This document shows positions 11,745-20,191 of a stretch of 64,000 nt of DNA, piece after piece (positions within the stretch are counted from its first letter, which is position 1; every line of letters begins with the position of its first letter). The DNA is from Candidatus Sulfomarinibacteraceae bacterium (GTDB taxonomy: Bacteria > Acidobacteriota > Thermoanaerobaculia > Thermoanaerobaculales > Sulfomarinibacteraceae): assembly GCA_963796455.1 (NCBI GenBank), contig CAWCLO010000007.1, forward strand, positions 96,001-160,000, written 5' to 3'. Below the pieces are notes generated by a model. It had not been told where the DNA came from, ran no database searches, and worked only from the letters and a program-made list of their open reading frames with translations. The position numbers and the translations under genes were made by a program.

Positions 11745-12299
11745 ATGATGAGAAAAGCCGAACCGCAGATTGGATTTCACTGGCCGGTCGCCGCCAATCG
11801 CGTGATCGCTGCACCGTGCTCCGAAATCTGGAATGTCATCTCGAGCCCGGGGATGCTGGCGCTCTACCACCCGTTCTGCGAGCAAAACCCGGTTCGACAC
11901 TGGCCGGGCACGGGATCGGTCGACGAGGTCCACTATTTCACCGGACGCGTGCTCCGGCGAACCATCACCGATTGGTTCGATGACGTGGGATTCAACCTCG
12001 ATATCAGCCGGCCCGGTGGCAGAACCTCGCAGGTTTCATGGCGGATCGCGGAGCTCGAGGAGCGTAGAACGCGGATCAGCGTCACCATCTATCCCCACGC
12101 AGTCCAGCATCTTCCGTTGCTGATCCGATGGGTCCCCCACCTCCTGATCGTCCGCCGACAACTCGCCAGGTACCTCGACTCCGTACTTCAGGGCCTCGAC
12201 TGGTTCGTGACCATGGGCGAACCGGTGACGCGAAACCAGTTCGGCTCCCACCCGTGGTTTTCTCCAGTTGATGACGCTGGCGAAGGCCCGAGCCTATGA
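11745..12299 (+). CDS. SRPBCC/polyketide cyclase-like protein
   Basis: IAAPCSEIWNVISSPG..YHPFC; START-like pattern. Confidence 0.65.
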   Translation: MMRKAEPQIGFHWPVAANRVIAAPCSEIWNVISSPGMLALYHPFCEQNPVRHWPGTGSVDEVHYFTGRVLRRTITDWFDDVGFNLDISRPGGRTSQVSWRIAELEERRTRISVTIYPHAVQHLPLLIRWVPHLLIVRRQLARYLDSVLQGLDWFVTMGEPVTRNQFGSHPWFSPVDDAGEGPSL

Positions 12300-12754
12300 A
12301 TTCTCCGCGGTCCCGGACGGGCGCCCAACCGACGGGAATCCGGCTCGTCCTGGTCGCGCTGATGTTGATTCTGCTCGGGATGTTCATGCAGGCCTATTCA
12401 CTGATTTACTGGGATCACGCAGTGGACCTCGGCCTTCAGAACGACCGTTTCAACGCCGATCCGGTCGAGAACGCGCGGGCGCGCGAAAGCTGGGGGGTTG
12501 CGGTGGCGGATATGGTGTGGCTGCTGCCTCTGACTCTCTTTGCCATCTGGGGAGTTGCGCGGAGGCGGCTCTCGGGCTTTGCCGCAGGATTCATGGTCTT
12601 TGCGATCGCGGTCTATTTTCCCCTTGTCTTTGCCTTCCAGCGATGGCAAAGCCACCCCGGCACGGTCGCCATTGCCTGTGCGCTGTGGGTCCTTCCGAGC
12701 CTCGCGGCAATAGCGGGTCTGTGGATCCATCGCGGGCACTTCGAAGACCGATGA
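12296..12754 (+). CDS. Hypothetical integral membrane protein
   Basis: About 4 hydrophobic segments; ATGA overlaps on both sides. Confidence 0.7.
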   Translation: MNSPRSRTGAQPTGIRLVLVALMLILLGMFMQAYSLIYWDHAVDLGLQNDRFNADPVENARARESWGVAVADMVWLLPLTLFAIWGVARRRLSGFAAGFMVFAIAVYFPLVFAFQRWQSHPGTVAIACALWVLPSLAAIAGLWIHRGHFEDR

Positions 12755-13221
12755 CCCCAGTCTACGAACCGACAACGTCCGGCGGCACATATATTCTGCT
12801 GGTTTCGCTCCCCGCTCGGGAGACGATATCTGTGGGCAGGTTTTCAGATATCCTGTTCGACCCCGGCCGCTACGCCTACGTCGGCAGCGCATTCGGACCG
12901 GGCGGGTTGGCGGCAAGATTGCGCAGATACGCTGTGGGACCTCGCAGGAATCGTTGGCATATCGATTTCCTGCTCGACCACGCCGAAGTGCTCGGAGCGC
13001 TCATCAGCACGGACGCCGCGCGTCTCGAGTGCCGGTGGGCAAACTGGTGTCAGGATCGAGGCTCCAACATCGTTGACGGATTCGGAGCATCCGATTGCCG
13101 CTGCCGAAGCCATCTCTTTTTTCTCGATTCCGGTCACAAGGCGGAACAGATGATCGGTGCGGCGGGTTGCGAACTACATGCAAAGTATCTCGGTCTCGAC
13201 GAACTGATTGGAGGTCCATGA
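12751..13221 (+). CDS. DUF123 / GIY-YIG (Uri) superfamily nuclease
   Basis: GTYILL...GRYAYVGSAFGPGGLAARLRR...WHIDFLL...GFGASDCRCRSHLF. Confidence 0.88.
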   Translation: MTPVYEPTTSGGTYILLVSLPARETISVGRFSDILFDPGRYAYVGSAFGPGGLAARLRRYAVGPRRNRWHIDFLLDHAEVLGALISTDAARLECRWANWCQDRGSNIVDGFGASDCRCRSHLFFLDSGHKAEQMIGAAGCELHAKYLGLDELIGGP

Positions 13222-13544
13222 TGACGTACGACGAAGACCTCGACGCGCGCGTCAGCGAAGTGGTGGGTGCGTGGAACGCGACAACAAAGAAGATGTTCGG
13301 TGGCACCTGCCATCTCCTGAACGGCAACATGCTTTGCGGAGTCAAAGAAGACAACCTCATCGTGCGTCTTGGCCACGAGGCAGGCGGCTCCGCACTCGAT
13401 GAACCGCATACCCGGCCCATGGACGTCACCGGTCGACCTATGAAGGGATGGGTCATAGTCGAAGCGGAGGGCCATTCGGGCGAAAATCTTCGGGCTTGGC
13501 TGGAACGCGCCCACGCCTTCGTCTCGACCCTCCCGGCAAAATGA
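13218..13544 (+). CDS. TfoX/Sxy N-terminal domain protein
   Basis: YDEDLDARV...KKMFGG..HLLNGNM...TGRPMKGWVIV. Confidence 0.9.
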   Translation: MMTYDEDLDARVSEVVGAWNATTKKMFGGTCHLLNGNMLCGVKEDNLIVRLGHEAGGSALDEPHTRPMDVTGRPMKGWVIVEAEGHSGENLRAWLERAHAFVSTLPAK

Positions 13545-13858
13545 CCGTCGAAGAGACCGACAAGGTCTTCTGCCGGAACCCCGATCCGGCGAAGGAGGGC
13601 ACCAATGTCCCGCGCTGGAAATATGATGTGGTGCGCCGAGCGATTCTGGACACGCTCGGCGACGATCCCGGGGGTGTGACCTTCAGAGAACTCACCGCCG
13701 AGGTCCGTGGTCGCCTCAGTGCCGAGACCATCGAGCGCCTCGGTTCGGTGTCGTGGCACACGACCGTGGTCAAGCTCCACCTCGAGACCGTGTCGGAGAT
13801 CGAGAGGATTCCGGATTCTCGACCCCATCGGCTGCGTCGTTGCAGCGCTCCGGAGTAG
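13541..13858 (+). CDS. Conserved hypothetical protein (winged-helix-like)
   Basis: KYDVVRRAIL...GSVSWHTTVVKLHLE; ATGA-coupled. Confidence 0.7.
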   Translation: MTVEETDKVFCRNPDPAKEGTNVPRWKYDVVRRAILDTLGDDPGGVTFRELTAEVRGRLSAETIERLGSVSWHTTVVKLHLETVSEIERIPDSRPHRLRRCSAPE

Positions 13859-13880
13859 AATTCAACCAACTGGAGGCATC

Positions 13881-14261
13881 ATGAATCTCCCGGTACTGGC
13901 CGCTGCAGTTCTCACGGTGCTCATCGGAATCGCCCACTCGGTTCTTGGAGAAAAGCTGCTGCTCGGGCCGCTCTTTGCCAAAGGCACCCTGACTCGGCTG
14001 CTCGGCAGCACCACCTTTGCCCGCAATGTCCTTCGATTTACCTGGCATCTGACGACCATCTTCGCTTTCGGTATCGGCGCCGTCATCGCCTACCTCGCGT
14101 GCTGGCCTCTCCACCCCCACGCGGTATGGATCCTCCGTGCCTTTTCGATCACATTCGGTGTATCGACCCTTTTGTCGCTGATTGGTGCCCGCGGTAGACA
14201 TTTTTCGTGGTGGGTCTTTCTCATCATCACGGTGCTCCTGTGGGTGGGGAGCACACCCTGA
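13881..14261 (+). CDS. Hypothetical membrane protein
   Basis: GGAGG RBS; about 4 hydrophobic segments; HSVLGE. Confidence 0.75.
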   Translation: MNLPVLAAAVLTVLIGIAHSVLGEKLLLGPLFAKGTLTRLLGSTTFARNVLRFTWHLTTIFAFGIGAVIAYLACWPLHPHAVWILRAFSITFGVSTLLSLIGARGRHFSWWVFLIITVLLWVGSTP

Positions 14262-14269
14262 AGGGAATC

Positions 14270-14623
14270 ATGCAACCTGCAGCCATCAAAAGTGAAGTCA
14301 GCATCGAAGATCTTGAAAAGCTGGACATCCGGATTGGCACCATCGAAAAGGTGGAGGAGATTCCGTCCTCGAAGAAGCTCATGCGGCTCACTGTCAACCT
14401 CGGTGACCACACCCGCACGATCCTCGCCGGCATCAGACAGGAGCGGCAGAACCCGAGTGAGATCGCGGGTCTCCAGGCGCTTTTCGTGGTCAATCTGCCG
14501 CCGCGGAACATGGCCGGGGAGGTTTCCGAGGGCATGCTCTTCGATATCGGTTTTGCCGATGGTGTGACCCCGGTCCTGGCCACACCCGAAAAACCGGTCC
14601 CCGACGGCTCGCGAGCAGGTTAG
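14270..14623 (+). CDS. tRNA-binding OB-fold protein (CsaA/Trbp111-like)
   Basis: DLEKLDIRIGTI...FVVNLPPRNMAGEVSEGML. Confidence 0.9.
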   Translation: MQPAAIKSEVSIEDLEKLDIRIGTIEKVEEIPSSKKLMRLTVNLGDHTRTILAGIRQERQNPSEIAGLQALFVVNLPPRNMAGEVSEGMLFDIGFADGVTPVLATPEKPVPDGSRAG

Positions 14624-15006
14624 TGCGCGAGAGCATCACGGTTGCCGACCTGGTGCTCCTGATTCACCTCGTTTTCATTCTCTTCGTCGCAGCGGGCGGC
14701 TTGGCGGTCCTGAAATGGCCCCGCATGGCCTGGCTCCACCTGCCCGCTGCGGCGTGGGGCGCATGGATCGAGCTCAGCGGAAGGATCTGCCCATTGACGC
14801 CCCTCGAAAACCGCCTTCGACTGGCAGCTGACCAACCCGTATATCAGGAAGGTTTTATCAACCACTATCTTTCTTTGATCGTCTATCCGCCCGGGTTGAC
14901 CAGGGTGCACCAGATCCTGATGGGTGCGGCGGTGATCACCGTCAACCTGATCATCTACGCGTTCGCGATCAGGAAACTTGTCCGGAGATCAGAGTCCAAC
15001 CCCTGA
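14623..15006 (+). CDS. DUF2784 membrane protein
   Basis: ADLVLLIHLVFILFV...WLHLPAAAWG...CPLTPLENRLR. Confidence 0.9.
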   Translation: MRESITVADLVLLIHLVFILFVAAGGLAVLKWPRMAWLHLPAAAWGAWIELSGRICPLTPLENRLRLAADQPVYQEGFINHYLSLIVYPPGLTRVHQILMGAAVITVNLIIYAFAIRKLVRRSESNP

Positions 15007-15030
15007 TCACGCCCTGCTAGGATGCCAAAC

Positions 15031-15180
15031 ATGTTGTTGACCATTCTGAAAATCGTTGCTGGGCTGGCCGTCCTCGGAATCATCTCGATGGTGATGATCG
15101 CTGTCGTCTCAGGGCTTGTCAGCTCGGCCCGCTCGCTGGGAAACCGGGAGAATCGAGATGACAACCCAAGAGGTCATTGA
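15031..15180 (+). CDS. Possible small single-pass membrane protein (49 aa)
   Basis: MLLTILKIVAGLAVLGIISMVMIAVVSGLV...; fills a gap in the operon. Confidence 0.45.
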   Translation: MLLTILKIVAGLAVLGIISMVMIAVVSGLVSSARSLGNRENRDDNPRGH

Positions 15181-15580
15181 TCGCATTTTATCCGAAAAGA
15201 CCCTCGCCATCGCTGGGGTCTCCCGAAGCGGCCGGGGTTTTGGAAACAAGGTGCTACGGGATCTGACCGGCAAAGGCTACGAGATCCTGCCCGTGCATCC
15301 GTCGGCTGACGAGGTGGGCGGTCTCAGCGCCTACTCATCGCTCGCCGAGCTGCCGGACAGGGTTGGGGGGTTGATTCTGGTGGTGCCTCCAATGCAGACA
15401 GAGATCCTCGTCAAAAAAGCGCACGCGAACGGCATCACCCGCATCTGGATGCAACCGGGCGCCGAGTCAACCGAATCGATCCAATTCTGCCGCGACAACG
15501 GCATCGAGGTCGTTGACGACCGTTGCATCATGGTGTTGTCAACGCCCTCGAGTTTCGGATCAGGAGGAAGCGATGACTGA
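15158..15580 (+). CDS. CoA-binding domain protein (YccU-like)
   Basis: LAIAGVSR...GYEILPVHP...IWMQPGAES...DRCIMV. Confidence 0.9.
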   Translation: MTTQEVIDRILSEKTLAIAGVSRSGRGFGNKVLRDLTGKGYEILPVHPSADEVGGLSAYSSLAELPDRVGGLILVVPPMQTEILVKKAHANGITRIWMQPGAESTESIQFCRDNGIEVVDDRCIMVLSTPSSFGSGGSDD

Positions 15581-15983
15581 GACCGCCATTCGAGGCTCTT
15601 GTCTCTGCGGAGGCGTCGAATTCGAGATGAGCCCGCCCTTCATCTTTTTTCACCACTGCCACTGCAGCCGTTGCCAGAAGAGCTCGGGCTCCGCATACGG
15701 CGCCAATATTCTGGTCAAGGCCGCCCAGTTTCGCTGGACCCGGGGCGAAGATCTGGTCAAACGTTGGGAACTCCCCGAGGCGGAGTACTACTGCACGGGC
15801 TGGTGCGCCACGTGCGGCTGCAAGCTCCCCTGGCAGTCGCGCAATAAAAAGGGCTATCTGGTGCCTGCAGGTCTGCTCGAAGACGACCCGGTCGACCGAC
15901 CCGGCAAGAATATCTTCTGGGCCTCTCGACCCCCGTGGTACGCCAACCCGGCTGATCTCCCGACCTTCGAAGAAGACAAATGA
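15573..15983 (+). CDS. GFA (CENP-V/glutathione-dependent formaldehyde-activating) family protein
   Basis: GSCLCGGV, HCHCSRCQKSSG, CATCG. Confidence 0.92.
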   Translation: MTETAIRGSCLCGGVEFEMSPPFIFFHHCHCSRCQKSSGSAYGANILVKAAQFRWTRGEDLVKRWELPEAEYYCTGWCATCGCKLPWQSRNKKGYLVPAGLLEDDPVDRPGKNIFWASRPPWYANPADLPTFEEDK

Positions 15984-16031
15984 CGGAATAGCCTGCTCCC
16001 TCTGTCGTATGAAGAACAAAGGAGGCGGACG

Positions 16032-16460
16032 ATGAATCGCGATCTCGAGCACATCAAGCTGCTGGCAATCTTCCACTATGTGGCGGCAGGCATGGCGGCC
16101 ATGTTCGCCTGCATTCCATTCATTCACTTCTTCATGGGCCTCGCACTGGCCACCGGTGCCTTCCCCGACACCAATACCGAGGCACGAACCATGGGTCTGG
16201 TGATCATGTTGATGGCCGGTTTGATCATTCTTTTCGGGTGGGTCTTCGCCGCCCTGGTTGCCTTTGCAGGACGCAGCCTCCAGCAACGAAAACGCTACAC
16301 CTTCTGTCTGGTGATGGCTGGCATCGAATGCATCTTCATGCCGGTCGGCACGGTCCTCGGGGTCTTCACCATCATCGTCCTGCTGAGAGACGGGGTGAAG
16401 GCGCTGTTCGGGGTTCAAACCGACGAAAATGTTGCATTGGCGCCAACCGGAGAGGACTGA
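16032..16460 (+). CDS. Hypothetical membrane protein
   Basis: HIKLLAIFHYV...CIFMPVGTVLGVFTIIVL; GGAGG RBS. Confidence 0.8.
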   Translation: MNRDLEHIKLLAIFHYVAAGMAAMFACIPFIHFFMGLALATGAFPDTNTEARTMGLVIMLMAGLIILFGWVFAALVAFAGRSLQQRKRYTFCLVMAGIECIFMPVGTVLGVFTIIVLLRDGVKALFGVQTDENVALAPTGED

Positions 16461-16720
16461 TGCCTTCGGAGCCGTCATCCACCCCCATCTGCCAACGGTG
16501 CGGCGGTGAGACGGAATACGGCTGTGCCATTGTCCGCAATCCTGGCCGCAGGTTGAGTTGGCTTATCAGGGGCTCGCACCCGCTCACCAAACTTCTATTT
16601 GCGCCGGACGGTGACCTCAACGCCACCGCAGAGTTGATGGCTCAGGAACGCGGTTGCGAAGCATTTCGATGCCTGAAATGTGGGGCCCTCAATCTGAGCA
16701 AGAGGAGATGGATCGGATGA
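16460..16720 (+). CDS. Small zinc-ribbon protein
   Basis: CQRCGG...AFRCLKCG. Confidence 0.65.
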   Translation: MPSEPSSTPICQRCGGETEYGCAIVRNPGRRLSWLIRGSHPLTKLLFAPDGDLNATAELMAQERGCEAFRCLKCGALNLSKRRWIG

Positions 16721-16995
16721 CCGGCCGATCACGTGAAATCTGTCATCGCTGCGGCGGCAAACTCGAAAGAGGTTCCGCCCATATCGGCGACCGCGCCCCG
16801 GGATTGATTTCATTTCTTCCTTGGCGGACGCAGTTGTATTTCCAACCGAAAGACCCAACACTCGAAGAAATCAGGTTCCTCGCCTGGCCGAAAAAACACA
16901 CCGCCTTTCACTGCCTCGGATGCGGTGGTGTTGTTGTCACGAAACATCCCCACCACACAAATCATCCAAGCGATGCGACCGAGGTCGAACCATAA
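16717..16995 (+). CDS. Small zinc-ribbon protein, paralog of upstream gene
   Basis: CHRCGG...AFHCLGCG; ATGA overlap. Confidence 0.65.
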   Translation: MTGRSREICHRCGGKLERGSAHIGDRAPGLISFLPWRTQLYFQPKDPTLEEIRFLAWPKKHTAFHCLGCGGVVVTKHPHHTNHPSDATEVEP

Positions 16996-17039
16996 GCACG
17001 GACCGTAGCGCCGTGTCGTCCCAGGTGAACGAGGCCATT

Positions 17040-17312
17040 CGAATTGGATCTTCGCTCAGGATGACATCGGGAGGCGACCTACCCGGGCCAGCGAATTCAT
17101 AGGCGGGCGTTTCCCCCTTTCCCCCTTTCTCCCCTGCCCCTCTGCCCCTCTGTTCCTCTGCTCCCATTCGGGTTCGGAATCCACAACTGCCGTTCGATAG
17201 CGATAGCGATAGCGATTCCGATAGCGATAGCGAGGATGCCGAGCGGTCCCCTGCACCCTTTCCCCCTTTCTCCCTTTCTCCTCTGCCCCTCTGCCCCTCT
17301 GCCCCTCTGCCA
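17040..17312. repeat. Repeat family C, copy 1 (pyrimidine-rich 8-mers, conserved core, (CGATAG)n)
   Basis: Core TTCGGGTTCGGAATCCA.A.CTGCCGTTCGATAGCGA...GGATGCCGAGC shared with ~18163-18220. Confidence 0.75.
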
Positions 17313-17327
17313 AGCTACACTTCCCCC

Positions 17328-17927
17328 ATGTGGGACAAACGCTTCTCCGAACCCGGATACGCCTACGGCACCGAGCCGAACGACTTTCTTGTCTCGGTCG
17401 CTGACCGCATCCCGCGCGGGAGGGTGCTGAGCCTCGCCGAAGGTGAAGGACGCAACGCGGTCTATCTGGCGGGACTCGGTCACGAGGTCACGGCCGTGGA
17501 CAGCTCGACAGTTGGTCTCGCGAAAGCCGAAGCCCTGGCTGCCGAACGCGGCGTTCAGATCAATACCATCGCCGCCGATCTCGCCGACTTCGATATCGAA
17601 CCTGCCGCCTGGCAGGGCATTGTCTCGATCTACTTCCACACCGAACCATCGGTCCGAAGGAAGATCAACCGGCTTTGTGTGGAAGGTCTAGTGCCGGGAG
17701 GGGTCCTGGTGCTGGTGGGATTCACCCCCCGTCAGCTCGATCACGCCACGGGCGGGCCCAGGAACCCGATCCTGCTCATGGAGCCCGACGAGATCACAGC
17801 CGAGCTCGAAGGCCTCGACATCGAAATCTCCCGCGAGGTCGTCAAGCAGAACAAGGAGGGCCGGTTCCACGACGGCACCTCCGCGGTTCTCGAGATCCTC
17901 GGCGTCAAACCGAACCGGAGCGTTTGA
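17328..17927 (+). CDS. Class I SAM-dependent methyltransferase (TehB-like)
   Basis: MWDKRFSEPGYAYGTEPNDFL, LSLAEGEGRNAVYLA, VDSS. Confidence 0.92.
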   Translation: MWDKRFSEPGYAYGTEPNDFLVSVADRIPRGRVLSLAEGEGRNAVYLAGLGHEVTAVDSSTVGLAKAEALAAERGVQINTIAADLADFDIEPAAWQGIVSIYFHTEPSVRRKINRLCVEGLVPGGVLVLVGFTPRQLDHATGGPRNPILLMEPDEITAELEGLDIEISREVVKQNKEGRFHDGTSAVLEILGVKPNRSV

Positions 17928-17929
17928 TG

Positions 17930-17964
17930 CGGAGAAACCGCAGATCTCGTAGATGAGCGCAGAT
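17930..17964. repeat. Repeat family D half-site (CGGAGAAACCGCAGAT plus 9-mers)
   Basis: Same end motif at 29653, 45320 and (reverse) 48060-48076. Confidence 0.65.
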
Positions 17965-18044
17965 TCGCGAGCCCGTCATTTGATCGACCCCGCGAATCGG
18001 TGAAACCACAAATTGCCGCACAACAATCAATCGGCCGCAGCGCG

Positions 18045-18240
18045 CCTTAGCTCGGGAGGACACCGGGAGGCGACAATCGCGTGGGTAGGAATTCAGTGCC
18101 AGGTGATTCTCCCTTTCTCCCTTTCCCCCTTTTTCCCTTTCTCCCCTGCCCCCCTTCTCCCTTTCGGGTTCGGAATCCATAGCTGCCGTTCGATAGCGAG
18201 AACAAGGATGCCGAGCAGTCCACTGCCCCACCACCCCTTT
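18045..18240. repeat. Repeat family C, copy 2
   Basis: Direct-repeat homolog of 17040-17312. Confidence 0.72.
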
Positions 18241-18276
18241 TCGACATTCAAGTTACGGTTGGGTAGCAGAAACTCT

Positions 18277-18678
18277 TCAGGCAGGGACACCGACGATCAG
18301 CTTGCGGATGACCTTGAGCAGGGTCTCCCGATCGACCGGCTTGCCGAGCACACCATCGGGACCACGTACGCCCTCGTGCGCACCGAGATAGGACTGGCAA
18401 TCATCCTGAAGGAGTTGATCGTTGCCGGTCACGACCACCAGGGGCAGTTTCGCCCAGCGCTCGCTCCGACGCACCGTCACCAAAAACTCCAAACCGGATT
18501 TTCCGGGCAACAGCGCATCGATGAGCACCACATCGGGTTGGAAATCCTCGAGGGCCACAAGGGCTGCAGAACAGCGGTTCGCAGATGCGACCTGAAATCC
18601 CTCGTCTTCAAGGAAGGAAGAAAGATAGTCAACGATGTCCGGGTCGTCTTCGAGCACAAAGACGCGCCCCTCGTTCAT
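18277..18678 (-). CDS. Single-domain response regulator
   Basis: VFVLEDDPD...PDVVLIDALLPGKSG...VVVTG...KPVD. Confidence 0.9.
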   Translation of the reverse strand: MNEGRVFVLEDDPDIVDYLSSFLEDEGFQVASANRCSAALVALEDFQPDVVLIDALLPGKSGLEFLVTVRRSERWAKLPLVVVTGNDQLLQDDCQSYLGAHEGVRGPDGVLGKPVDRETLLKVIRKLIVGVPA

Positions 18679-20150
18679 TGAACGATCTCCTCCGACTGCA
18701 TGCTCGGGTTCGCCACCAGCGGCAGCCGGACCTCGAATCGGGTACCCCGGCCGGGCTCGGACTCCACCCCGATCGATCCGCCGTGTTTGTCGACGATCTT
18801 GTTCGAAATAAAGAGACCGAGGCCGGTGCCCTTGATGCCCTTCGAGGAAAAGAAGAGCGAAAAAATCTTCTCCCGCGTCTCGCGATCCATGCCCATGCCG
18901 TTGTCTTCGACCTCGATCTTCATCCACTCCGCTTCGCGCTGGATCCCGAGACGGATTTCATGGGTGGGTTTGTCCTTGTCCATACGGCAGGCATCGAGAG
19001 AGTTCTCCATGAGATTCAGGAGCATGGCCCGGATCGCCTGCGGGTCACCCGGGAAGACCCCCAGATCATCTGAGATGGCGATATCGACCCCGGTGTTCGC
19101 GTCGCTTGCCTTTTTTTCGATACCGGCCCGGAACTCGGAAACGATGGCCGCGAGATCCACCTCCTCCACCACCAACTCACGGTCCTTGGCGTAGTAGAGG
19201 ATGTCGAGCACCATGGAGCGAATCCGCTCCACGTTGCGCTGCACCATTTCCCATCCTTTGTCGACGCGCTCCGGTTTCTCCTTTTTGAAACCCGAGTTCA
19301 CCATATAGATGCCGCCATCGAGCCCGGTCAACAGACCCTTGATACCGTGCGAGATCGAACCCACGAGCAGACCGATCGAAGCCAGCTGTGTCTGGAGTTC
19401 ACGGATCTGGGTGATGTCGATGCACATTTCGATCACCGCTTCCACTTCGCCTTTCGAATTGCGCAGAGGTGCAGTGGTACACAGGGCATTGAGCTTTTCC
19501 CCGTCTTTTGTAAAAAGGACCTCTTCGTGTTCTCTGGTCTCCCCGGTGTCGAATGTCTGCTGCATCGGGCACACCAGGCACTGCTCGTCGCGATGTTTGT
19601 ACATCGTGAAGCAGTTCTTTCCGATCGGATCGCCAAAGGTCTCGCGAAACTTTCGATTCGCGTGCTTGATGACCCGATCGGGACCCTGGACGGAAATAAA
19701 GCACGGTACTTCTTCAAAAAGCTGGGCGAGCCGCTCCTGAGACCGCTGGAGCTCGTTCTGGAGCTGTTTGACCTCGAGGATATCGGTATGCATCTCCATC
19801 ACCGCCACGACCTCACCGGAATCATCCCGGATCGGAGTGGTGTGGACCATCACCGGCACCTGGCGGCCGTCACTGGTGGTCAGAAGCTGTTCGGACGGGT
19901 GGTTCATGCCGTCTGCAAAGGTCGCCTCGACCGGACAATCGGGACAGACATCGTCGCGGCCCTTGTAAACCTTGTAACAGTACTGACCGAGGCGCTCGCC
20001 GAAGTCCTCCCGAAATCGCCGGTTGCCATCGATGATCCGGAAATCCCGGTCGTGCACCGACAGGTAACAGGGCATTTCCTCCCAGTAACGTTGGTAGGGG
20101 CTGTCCGCAGCCGCCGATTTTTTGCCGGCGGTCATCTCCAGCAATGACAT
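18675..20150 (-). CDS. Cytoplasmic PAS-PAS sensor histidine kinase
   Basis: Two PAS domains with C-x10-C-xx-C motifs; H box SISHGIKG; NLMENSLDA, DNGMG, FFSSKG, GTGLGL. Confidence 0.93.
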   Translation of the reverse strand: MSLLEMTAGKKSAAADSPYQRYWEEMPCYLSVHDRDFRIIDGNRRFREDFGERLGQYCYKVYKGRDDVCPDCPVEATFADGMNHPSEQLLTTSDGRQVPVMVHTTPIRDDSGEVVAVMEMHTDILEVKQLQNELQRSQERLAQLFEEVPCFISVQGPDRVIKHANRKFRETFGDPIGKNCFTMYKHRDEQCLVCPMQQTFDTGETREHEEVLFTKDGEKLNALCTTAPLRNSKGEVEAVIEMCIDITQIRELQTQLASIGLLVGSISHGIKGLLTGLDGGIYMVNSGFKKEKPERVDKGWEMVQRNVERIRSMVLDILYYAKDRELVVEEVDLAAIVSEFRAGIEKKASDANTGVDIAISDDLGVFPGDPQAIRAMLLNLMENSLDACRMDKDKPTHEIRLGIQREAEWMKIEVEDNGMGMDRETREKIFSLFFSSKGIKGTGLGLFISNKIVDKHGGSIGVESEPGRGTRFEVRLPLVANPSMQSEEIVQ

Positions 20151-20191
20151 GGCTCTCCCTCGATATGTCAGGCGGGCCGGGCCCGCGTTTG

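Noticed and set aside
7853..17927. Integron cassette array
   Set aside because: No integrase; many genes overlap by ATGA, leaving no room for attC sites, and no recurrent RYYYAAC...GTTRRRY pairs were seen
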